Shown: positions 26,501 through 37,531 of the stretch, in pieces
Layout of the letters: each line of letters begins with the position of its first letter
Position numbering within the stretch: the first letter of the stretch is position 1
Assembly (NCBI GenBank): GCA_002633005.1
Contig: NMRA01000080.1
Coordinates: forward strand, 277,291 to 341,290
Source of the DNA: Phoronis australis
Taxonomy: Eukaryota > Animalia > Phoronida
Length of the DNA: 64,000 nt
Direction of reading: 5' to 3'
Position numbers and translations under genes: made by a program
The notes under the pieces: model-generated
What the model saw: the letters and a program-made list of their open reading frames with translations, nothing else
Databases searched by the model: none
Told to the model about the DNA's origin: nothing

Positions 26501-29484
26501 GCGAAATGTTCTCTTGTGCACGTAAATAAGCGGTTACACATATGAGTTTCACTTCGCAGTCAAACCGCCAGATGGCATCACCTACTAATTGTACTTAGCT
26601 ACTGGCTGTTGTTACGATCGCATAAATAATTACTAAATAAAAATATTTTGAATACTTTTAAACTGTCCATATTTTCCATTCATACTTTCGTTACAAAATA
26701 GATAAAGAGAATGATATGAGGCAAGCGATAGAACGTTGGAGTCTAACTTTGAAGCATTGGGCCCCGATGTTGGTAAGATATAACCCAATCTCTTTTTCAG
26801 ATTTAATTCAACATGTCAAACTCAGTCACGCAACCATCCAGCAAACGTTACGCCGTGCTGCCATAACTGACGAAGGCCATTAACCAGCGGACATCATAAG
26901 AGCAAGCGAACTTTTTTCCCGGCGAAGTTATGATGTAGTGGAGAGTTAGCCACGGGACTTGGCCCGTCACTTATGCCAACCACTCGTGGTTTAATCACTG
27001 ATACGACTCTTATCAGAAAAACCAGCTCTACGTCAATATTGCAAAGATAGCAGTTGCGATATCACTTAGGAGTTTAATAAAGATAAAGAAATTTAGTGCC
27101 TATCCCAAACTAAACGGACTGACAGGACACGTTCGCTTTTTTATACACCGACGCTTCATGCTCAGACGTTAGCCGGCAATCAATATACCAAACCACATAC
27201 GGCGCTCAGCTGCAGACGTGGGATTGAACTGCTATACGTTATTGGGTCGATATATTAACTAGAAACGTTTCAACAGGTGTTACCTACTCAGTCCATGCAA
27301 TATGTGGCCACGGAGCTGATAGGAACGCACAACTGCCAGTGCACAGGTAAGCATTATATTTTACGGCACCGCATAATTCCGCACTTCGGACGTTTGTCAG
27401 TTAGCTATATGATATTTACCAGGTGACGGTGGTTTGTTGTTGTTAATCGGAATAAGATTTGTTGAACATGGAAATATTCGTCGTCAGACAAAGAGTGACG
27501 CTTTTAAGGCTTGCTTTCAGTATTCACGTTAATATTCAGCCAGGAAATGACGTGAGAAACGAGCCAAGATAGCCCGGCTGCCGGACACTATACGACGTGA
27601 CTGTAGGAACCTCTAAGACTGGTAGATAAGTCGCGTACAGTAGTCTCCCATGTATACCGAGGAGCACCACATGATATGAGGCTGGGGGGCTATAACCCCC
27701 CACCTTTTTCAGTGCTGCGCCGCCCACGGTCTACGGGAGGTGCACCACAAGGGCCGGGCTGGGGGGGCTTTAGTTCCCCACATTTTTCAGTGCTGCGCCG
27801 CCCTTAATAGTATGTCTGGCATGACTAACTCGACTCAGTTCAACAAATGCTGGCATACATCCCCAGTGATCCTGTTAAAAGTGACAAAAAGCCCGGCGTT
27901 CCGTCAAGTACCGCTATTAAACTTCTTCCTAACGCAGATGAGAATAGGTTTTTGGGTGACAATTCGCTATTAATTGCTGGCGAGACCCTACCGCGAGAGC
28001 AATAACGAACTCAGAGCCAGTTCTTTTGAAGTCCATGGATCTCTTCTAATTTAACTAAGGGACAATTTGTGACCAACTTCACTGCGGTAAAGTGTCTGAA
28101 GATATAGTTTTTGTGACGCAAAGCAGGCTTAAAAATTCACGAGTCTACCAAGCCACACAGAGTTGTCATTATAGTGCTGTGTCTGCGAAAGTAGAGGCCT
28201 TCGGTGTCTTGTGTAGTGTGTGGCGTCTACTCACTTACATATTACGTACACGACTTCGTACGCGATAGGTGTTCTGACACTTTCCGAGCTGAAAAGTCCT
28301 ATATACAAGGTCGTGCATCACAAACGCGCAGTATGTCGATAGTGGTCCAAATGTTGTCTTCGAAGTCGCCGTAAACATCGATGTGTATAGACAGGACTTA
28401 AATATATAATATAATATTTGTACAGTAAAAGGTTGGCCGTGTTGGTTAAACTTGTCAAAACTCTCCTAAAACGTCTCTTGGAAAGTCTATAATCGTTGCT
28501 TCAGTTCGAATCTCGACAATGTATGCGATGCCGGCTGTAAGATCGGATTTGATTGCAGAAACTAAGTTGGTATCATTTTCTGTTGATGAATAATTTGAAA
28601 GCAGTTGAGAGCAGAAAAAATGGTAATATTTTTAGTTAGCCAAATTAGATGCAGCTGTTGTGCATCGACAGGACACGCTTGAGTACACAAGACTTTATCA
28701 TCTTCCATTATGAGTGGTTGGAAGAATCGCACAATGGTTACTTCTTACGTGGGAGAAAAGAAAAAGAATTTGTGGTTACTTTCAGAAGTCATCATCTAGT
28801 CTACTGCACATTTAGCCTCTGGTAGAACTACAGCAGAACCTATGTTCACGTATCTTGCGGACACGCCGTCTGTTGGTGCATGTTTGATTGCAAAGACAAA
28901 GTGCAGCTAACGCGGGTCCACGAGATTGGAATGAAACTGCAATTTGCCAGATCAAGTTTGGTCAGGTTATGTAGGACCGGAGAATGTTCAAATTCAAGTT
29001 GGCCAGAAATTGAAGGTCGGGTTCAGTGAAATTTGTCGATACTTTACTTCATGGGCTACTCTCCTACACGCTATTAAGAATATTGTTAAATTGTTCCGCT
29101 TTTGTGCTATCAAAAATTTTATTTTCACGAAAAAATCAAAAGCTGTATAAAATAAAACGAATTGATAATTTAGAACACTATAACAGCGTTTTTGAGATTT
29201 CACCTTGAACATTTATTTTGTACGAATTTTGGTCATGTTCTTGCTACCATTCTTTTGCTACCGATGTACATTTCATTTTTGCTATATTTTACAAAAAAGC
29301 ATAGTCACGTGATCAAATTCATGTCAGATTGGTAAAAATCACCATCGAAATTCACAAGCTTTCTCCTTCCAAAAATTATATACCTTTACTGTGTTGAAAT
29401 CAATAGTTGTGGGGTTATTTGGCTAAATACAGACTTATCTATATGGTCCTATATAACCTTAGGTCAACGTTCGAGCGTAAATGT

Positions 29485-29737
29485 CATGCACGCACCCAGC
29501 CTTTAAATGGGGGCTCGAATTTTTGAGAATGTGGACGTTTTTACTAAGATTCACTGGGTACGTACGTTCAAAGCTATGAATTGTGCATTCACCTAATTTT
29601 GGTAGTTCCTGCCTTTTTGGTGGACTTTTGTCTCGTTCTCTATTTTTTTCCGAGTTTTTGTTTTTCTGAGGCGGACCTTTTCGCCAAATGGGGTAGGGGC
29701 TCGCTCGAGTCCCCCGAGCCTCCTGGGTGCGCGCATG
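29485..29737. mobile_element. MITE family A copy (TSD AATGT/GATGT)
   Basis: TIRs CATGCACGCACCCAG / CTGGGTGCGCGCATG; interior similar to the other copies. Confidence 0.8.
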
Positions 29738-30488
29738 GATGTACTTGTACAAGCCCAATTACTGTACTGAGTTGAAATTATGAACAATGTAGAACACTAC
29801 TACAATACGCTGGCTATAAAACGATAAAAACACGTAAAGAAACCTTAACCACGACAATGAGTGCTGTAATTACGTTGAACTCTGAACATTTGCTACGTTT
29901 GAATACCATAATTTTCAGCTGCGGAAACGTCGCAATATAAATTTATGATCGACATATGTCTCGGCGATAAACAAACGGGCTTCGCAACCTGGTTTCCAGC
30001 GACGAAAAGAGCGGTACAAAGTTTAATAATGAAATAATTTATACGATACATAAAATAATAATAATAACCTCTAGAAAGATAGGCAATAAGAAACCTTTGC
30101 AGTAAACGACAAAATCAACATTTTTAACATTACTTTAACGTTGCCTAATCTCAATATGACGTAATTACAATGTTAGGCATAACATTAATAATTTAACAAC
30201 AATGTCTATGTGTCAGTCTGCTGTTGCTCTTGACTAGCAGGTTCCCGATACGTATATGCATTTTCCTATTCAGTGGTATGTCTTACTCTGTACTGTGCGA
30301 CCTGCAATGATAAAAATACATCCAAAGATTCAATAACCTAGCACTGAAACTCTAGTAGCAATTTTTCCAGTTATGATGGTGGAAACGGATTACGCGTTAC
30401 AAACTGACAGCCGGATGACTTCATCGAAAACAGCTGTGTGTTAGGAACAGAATAAGAATGCTGAATTACAACCGATCACCTAGCCACA

Positions 30489-30643
30489 CATAGGCGGATC
30501 AAGGGGAGTCAAGGGAGCCCCTGCCCCCCTTTTTCCTTTGATTTTAGTGATATCAAATCTAGAATTTTCAAATTGTTGACCCCCTTTATAAAAAATTCTT
30601 GATCCGCCCCCTCCGTTTTTAAAAAATTCTGGATCCTCCTCAG
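30489..30643. mobile_element. MITE family B copy (TSD CCACA/CTACA)
   Basis: Begins CATAGGCGGATCAAGGGG and ends TCTGGATCCTCCTCAG; similar to the 16066 copy. Confidence 0.65.
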
Positions 30644-31192
30644 CTACATGTCTTGGTAATAGTAGTAACCTGCTGCGTTAGAACACCTATGCCAATTTTC
30701 CACATTCCATTTCGCAATGATTTTGTACTTTGATTAAGAGGGTATCGTTAACTGAAAATAGATTTCAATCCATTTGCAAGAAAAATGGTTGGTTCTACAG
30801 GTAAATGTAATGAGTAAGCGTCATTTCAAAAGATAAGCGAGGTCAAACCTCGCCAATTCAACCAGTGCAAACATAACACGAACGTGGGACGTGGTGAAAC
30901 AAAAAAAATCTGATTACTCGCACAATAAATGGTCAATGAGGGCATAAGGTTCCTTTATCGTAATTTATCTACATACAACAGTTTCGAAAGCCAGCGAAAT
31001 TCAATGGTGAATGTCCAACAGCCATAAATTTTATCCCGGGTCAAGTTCTTTTGGCGCTAACTTATTTAAAATGTACGAGTTCTCTTATAATGGATCCAAT
31101 CGTATTGACTGCAGCAATCACGTGTGTAACTCTTTTTAAAGCGGCTATAAACCCGGGTTGCGTCCAAGAAGCGAACTTTTGACTTAAATCAC

Positions 31193-31438
31193 CACGCGCG
31201 CACCCAGCCTTTAGTATGGGGGGCTCGAATGTGGACCTGTCACTGCCGAAAAAACGAAAGGACTAAAAAACGGGGTACCACGTTTAAAGCTGTGGCAAGT
31301 GTAGGCTATTGCGCCTTTTTAGTGTATTTTTGTCTCGTTTTCCCGGCCTTTTTTCTCTGAGGCGGACCTTATTGCTCACTTCGCTAAATAGGGTAGCTCG
31401 TTTGAGCCTCCCGAGCCCTCCTCCCGGGTGCGCGCATG
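31193..31438. mobile_element. MITE family A copy (TSD ATCAC)
   Basis: TIRs CACGCGCGCACCCAG / CCGGGTGCGCGCATG; perfect 5-bp TSD. Confidence 0.85.
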
Positions 31439-32151
31439 ATCACGTAACGCTATATAATCGGTCTCAATTTGTTTTTGTCCACATTAGAAATGTTTTCTGG
31501 GTTTGCAAAGATCCGGAAATTTTTTCTTTCTTGAGATCACGCATGCTCAGCGCATAAAATGACACGCGGTGACAAGCCAAACTGTAGGGCGCGATTTCGA
31601 GCAATAATGAACTGTCAGTTCTCCCGAAGCCCTGAAATCACCTTTGGCTAAGGTACATAATTGAGACCAGTTTCATATAAGTAAGTAGTCTAAATCGACA
31701 GCATTCATTCAATTTCGGAAAATTAAAACAACTGCGTCAAATTCTACATGTTAGAATAAAAAGCAAATAAAGTCGATCCCTAATACCAGGTGTTTACACA
31801 AATGCCCCACAAAGTAAATGGATTTAGTTTCTTAAAATCGATGCAGAAATCCTATGTTATTTTTTAAAACGAATTAAATGGTAACCGCGTGGTATACATT
31901 TTGTCAACACTGAACCGTTCCGACAAATAAAAAGCGAGTCTTCGCTGTCGAGAATATTCCCCGCGTTTACCATGTAACTCTTCTTTTTGTATTGAGACAT
32001 TCTAAGTCGAAGTAGCACAATCCTTTTGACAATGGGAGAAATCAAAACAAGTCCCAGTTGGTTAGCTTTTATAATGACAGATTAGAGCAGCTCTCGGGTT
32101 ATAAGAGTAATCTTCGAAGTGATCACTAAGTTGTAATTATTAATCTGCAGA

Positions 32152-34904
32152 ATGACTCCTGTCTTCCTTATTTGCCTCCTGGGCGCTGTTGGATACGCTT
32201 CATCGCAGTCGACCGCCTGTAACCCTCAGACAGTTCCTGGGATGACAATAAATGCGGTGGAGTCTAAAGCTAGAAAGGGATTGACTTTTGCCCTTTTGAA
32301 AGCAGACGCGGTGGAAACGGACACAGAGTGCGCAGCGAAGTGCTGCCTTAACGGTAAGAAAAGATGATCGAACGCGATTTAGTTGTATTCAGTATCAGCG
32401 ACGATGATAGTGACGGTGAAACATCAGTTAAATGGACTGAAGAATGTACACTATACTAGATAACACCTTAGCGTTGAAATAACAGGAAACTGTCTTCGGA
32501 CCAACGGCATAAAGACAAGTTTGCATTAAAATGTTCATGCCGAATGAAACCAGATTCACTGAACTAGAGATGAGCTTTGAGCAGGTACTTTTCACAACAC
32601 ATCATAAACACAACTACCAATGCAAAAACGTTATTATTTTAACTTATTAAAATGGATCGTGGACCTACATACGCAGTGCAAGTCCAAGGTACTTACCCAC
32701 CTTGATTATTTACTTGCTCACTTCTCCGCGTGAATTTAATAGCAGACGAATCAAATACTTGATCTTTTTCAGAAACGTGCGACGTGGTTGTATTCCATCC
32801 TGAAGCAGATGACGCAGAACCAAACTGCTTCGAGTTCGAGTGCAGGCCCATAGAAAAGTGTCAGTGGACGCCGGAAAACGCTAAACTTTTCCCCACCAAG
32901 ATTGTTAAGAGATCTGTGACATCTCCAATTCCTTCGCCATCTCCATCTACAACACTGAAGAGCCAAGACTCTGGAACTAAAAAACAAGATGACAAAGATA
33001 ATCCAACTGATCCACCAACAACACCAACCATTAAAAGGCCAACGAAAACGCCATCAACGACAGATAAAGTTGAACCAACACCAACCCCAACGGAAAGAGT
33101 ACCTACTCCAACAACTTCTTCAGCCCAGTCATCTCAAGAAATTGTTGAACCACCCACAGCAAAGACGCCGCGGCCGACAACAAAGACCTCGACTACGAAG
33201 ACCCCGACAGCAAAGACCACGGCTATGAAGACTCCGACTGTGAAGACTTCGACTACGAAGACCCCGACTGCAAATACCACGACTATGAAGACTCCGACTA
33301 AAAAGACCCCGACTACGAAGACCCCGACTGCAAAGACCCCGACTACGAAGACTCCGACTACAAAAACGATCACTACGCAACAACCGCAGGCAGAAGACAC
33401 CAAGTCACAAACAACGTCATCTACGAAAAAGACAACCACGTTAGCAACATACACATTAAAAACTACATTATCGCCAACGCCAAAGAAAACGTCAGCATCA
33501 ACAACAACACCTGCAAGTGCAGCACCAGAGTTGACGTCAGGGCAAACGACAATAGCAACACCCTTGTCTACAGAGCAAATGCCATCGTCAAAAACAACTA
33601 AATCGACACCAACCTCCACCGGAACTAAGATCGAAACTGGCACCGAAGCTGCTCCGAGGAGCAACACCACTACAGAAGTGTCTGCTTCAACACAGAAAAC
33701 GAAAAGCACGTCCCCACAACCAGAGCAGACGACAGTACAAGTGACGTATGGAGACGCGGAAAATAGTACAGGTAAGTTATCCAGCGTGGTAGACTGGAAC
33801 ATTCGGCACTTCGTCAACAGATTTGCACGTGTCCCACTGTGTCAAGAGGCCTGCATGTTTATCAAGAAATTTGGTCTAAGGACCAATTGTGTGGAGTAGA
33901 CTAAATTACGTATTTGGGATGGCTTCACGACACTAAACTACGCTGTTTAAAACAAATTAGTATATCGTGGACTACCACTGTTGACTTTTCGAACTGTTCG
34001 GCTTTTGATATTGACAGTTTTTATCTGAAGAAATACGATAAAAATTAATCAAAGTAAAGTTAAGTTTTGTCTGGTACCCGTCGATAATTGGCGTGCGAGT
34101 CTTGCTGCCGGAAAAAAGAGCACGGGAACGCTCGACAATGGACTAGACTTGGCCTCCGTTTAAGAACCACTGTCGTCAGGAGCTGAAATCAAAGCGGTTT
34201 TGTGATGAATATGCTTGACACTTACAACCCAAAACTTATTGATTTTATCTTCATGAACACTCTTGGCGTTTCATTCATTTTCAAAATTCAAATCGGATTA
34301 AAGGTAGATCACGACTTCAATAGTCAATACACCGGCGTAGTAAATGAGGGGATGAAGAACGGTTGTTTCAGTACTTTTAAAGTTGCTGGACTCAAGTTTG
34401 GCGAATAAGACTGTTAAAGCTCAAATTAAACGGGCTTTTGTATCTCATACATCGAAGAGACTCGTAATCTTTGAATCGGTACAAAAATCTCCAATAGTCG
34501 CGGAAAATTTAATCAGCTTCCCAGAAAAAATCCGAAAGATTGGCATTTGGCATCTAAGTGCTTGTGGGAAAAATCGAAACAGAAAAACAATTTCAAACAA
34601 TTCAAATCCATTGTTCCTCATATTTCTAGGACATCTACTCAGTAACTGGACAGTTCTAGGTGCATCTATTGTGAACGCTTCAGAAGAGGTTGGTGACGTC
34701 ATTCTCAGAAACTTGACATCAGTCGACCGAGATAAAGAAAAAAGCGAAAGACTGAATAACACGGCGGTGCTAATCACGGTGTTGACATTCGGGATAGTTT
34801 TCGTCTTAATTGTTGCTGTAGTCATCGGGAAGAGGCTGTATGAAAGTTACCAACGAAGGGAATATTCCAAAATCGACTACTTAATCAACGGCATGTATAA
34901 CTAG
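32152..34904 (+). CDS. MANSC-domain, Thr-rich mucin-like type I membrane protein (MANSC1/C11orf24-like), about 491 aa
   Basis: Exons 32152-32353, 32773-33771 and 34630-34904 are phase consistent. The product has a signal peptide MTPVFLICLLGAVGYASS, a Cys-rich MANSC pattern (C..ECAAKCCLNETCDVVVF..NCFEFECRPIEKC), a Thr/Pro/Lys stalk, a TM helix (AVLITVLTFGIVFVLIVAVVIG) and the tail YSKIDYLINGMYN, which matches the DYLING(M/I)Y end of the MANSC1/C11orf24 family. An acceptor directly before the ATG implies an upstream non-coding exon. Confidence 0.88.
33150..33375 (+). repeat. Coding 15-bp tandem repeat (unit about GACTACGAAGACCCC, encoding TTKTP/TAKTP)
   Basis: About 14 pentapeptide units are visible in both DNA and protein. 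Confidence 0.9.
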
Positions 34905-35461
34905 GAAGGAGAGTCGTTGTGGACAAAAGTGATAGAGTTCGCGTCTCATTCCATGTTGTCTCACGATACGAGACTATTAAGCTAACTAAAGTTTTCAGTC
35001 TAAATGTTCAGCTCCTGTTTACTGAATATTTCCTTTAAGGTTGTGGGGCCTTTTATCAGCAAGTTTAAGCATTTAGCCAAATATCTTCAAAACTACTGAG
35101 TTTGACATTTTTTTAAAGTAAAAGTTTCGTTTCTTGCAACATGTACGTTTTTCATATTAGTCTTATTTTAATAGTCTCTCACGTAAAAATGGAACAATTC
35201 AAAAAATAATTCCTCTAAGCGTTCGAAGAACGGCGCAAAAAAGTATCTAAGTTTCATAAACATTTCTGAGATATTTTCCGAATTTCGAAACTTTTATAGG
35301 GTCTCACATAACCTTAACTGCACCTGTTTACCTTTGTTACGAGGAGTCACATTTCAAACGTTCATCAACGATGACTATAAAAGGGTATGCCGTCGCCGTT
35401 TTTTGTCATGCCCGGATCCGGATGTGGCCTCTAAATCCGCCTTCGGTAACGAAAGTAGCAG

Positions 35462-35600
35462 GCGTGCGTTCAGTAGACGCTAGTACCTACGCTAGGACCT
35501 AGCTATAACCTAGTCAAAGTCACCTGTTCTCATTTAAAATACACGGCAATATCTCTCGTCTTGCTTTATAGCGAGGTCCTAGCGTTACTGAACGGGAGGC
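35462..35600. mobile_element. Small MITE (TIR about CGTTCAGTAACGCTAGGACCT) in the probable MANSC-gene 3' UTR; partial relative at about 16848-16935
   Basis: Inverted ends are visible; the CGCTAGGACCTCGCTA motif is shared with 16857. Confidence 0.55.
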
Positions 35601-36108
35601 AGGACAGTTATTTGTATGTCTTGTAGATAGTGGGTGGCTGGTGCTCTGGTATGGTACGACTTCTACACCTCGATGTCTAGTGTTGGCTTGTTTGCGACTA
35701 GTGACAAAGTGGCTGCGCTTGATTGACTTCGCCGGTTCCGCAACGTCAACCGGCTAAGGCATACGATTGGTTTAAACTTCGGAAGTCGTCACTGAGAACC
35801 AATTGCCCGGCAAAGTCAATCAAGTCGCACATTATTGAAAGACATTCTGCCTTAAGTTGGACCTGAATAATTTTCTTTTAACAGAAGGCGAGTTAACAGC
35901 AGCTTTAATTTATTCAACATTGACAACAGATTGTCTTCCATTAAAACGTGTATTTGTACATAAAATGTATACCTTGTAAAAAGTTTGTAAATTAATGTGG
36001 TTTTGATAGGAATAAAAATGCTTTCAACCTATTCTTCAGCAAGATTTGTGACACCAACAACACCACTCCGATTTTGCAGTTTTGACCTTAATTTATGCCC
36101 ACAAGGTA

Positions 36109-36349
36109 CACGCACGCATACAGCCTAAAAAGTAATGCTCGAATTTTTGAGAATGTGCACCTTTCACTATGTTTCCCTGGGACATTCAGAGCTATGAATT
36201 GTACATTCGATGAATTTTGGTAGTTCCTGCCATTTTAGTGGATTTTTGCCACGTTTCTTTTTTCGGAGTTTTTGTTTCTCTGAGGTCGACTTTTTGGCCC
36301 ACTTCGCCAAATTGTTTGAACCCCCGAGCCCCGCCTGGATGCGCCCATG
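36109..36349. mobile_element. MITE family A copy (TSD AGGTA)
   Basis: Degenerate TIRs and a perfect 5-bp TSD; interior similar to the 29485 copy. Confidence 0.8.
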
Positions 36350-37531
36350 AGGTAACACTTTGCAAAAACTCTGATGCCTACAAAGCATCACATCTACCAA
36401 AAACTGGAAATGAAGCCAAATAAAGAAATTCTCCACTTATTTTGCACAAATATAATTGTCAAATTGGTTATTTTTCAAGTTTTTAAAAAAAGATTACCTT
36501 TTTACAAGTAATGGGAACTTAATTAGCAAATGTTATTTTTTGACATCTACAAACTAAAATCCATGCTTTTAATAGACTAAAATGTGTTTTAAGTCTTCAC
36601 TTTTGTGGAGAAATTCAGCAAGACAGAATTTCACTGGCTCGCCATATTGTGCTGAATATGTGAAGAATTACCAAATGCTAGACGTGGTGAGACCTCTGTT
36701 GCAGTCTTTACAAAACATAGTTGTACAGTACATTTGTTTACATAACTAAAAATTATGATATTAAATATTACAGACAAAAGTACTGCTACAGTGGATAAAC
36801 ATCAGAAAAAGCCACAACAATATTGAACTTTCAAAGTTCAGAAAAGTAAGCATTGCCAAACCAATGACCTGTTCTGGAAAGAGACATCTTTAGCCAGAAC
36901 AGATAATCACCATGGCAACACACAGGACTCCTGAAACAGGTCATTCACAGTGAGCCGTAGCGAGCGAACTGTGGGAAGTGAAGTACTCTACACGGTTTCA
37001 CATGTCTGAATCAGTTTCATCCTCCTGTTGGGTTAGGTTGTATATGATTGACATTGCTTGCTGTACAAACAGTTGTTTTCAATAGAAACAGCAATGTATC
37101 AGAAATTATATGGGTGTAATAGTCTGGAATGTAAAAATTATTGTAACTAATTTTCCATTACCGATTACTTCACTGAAATATATGAATTCAAAACAACATT
37201 TATCTGACAAGACAAATTCACTGCATTCATTTTTCAATTGAATTTTAATATGTAACATATCATCAATCACATGATGACTAGTAGCCTTCCATACCCACTT
37301 ATCATCTGTGTGTGTCCATCATTCTGTTAGCCCCTCCCAATGCAACCTTTGACCTCAGATATGCACCATATGAGGACAGAAGGCAGAGTTTTGCCAATCA
37401 ATCATGAAATCACATCCCACGCTGTCCAACTGACATTAATCACACTAGTCTTTATATGACCCCTTGACATATATAGCACCTTGTTGCATTGTTCAAGAAG
37501 TGGTGTCCCTCCAGGTTTCTCATGAGTATTT

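Noticed and set aside
27678-27805. Two G/C-rich direct repeats (GGGCTGGGGGGGCT..TTTTTCAGTGCTGCGCCGCCC)
   Set aside because: Look like truncated MITE ends; no clear TIR pair or TSD, and no RNA-gene structure.
33129-33817. Minus-strand ORFs (227 aa Val-rich; 84 aa SRGL repeats)
   Set aside because: Antisense shadows of the Thr-rich repeat exon of the MANSC gene.
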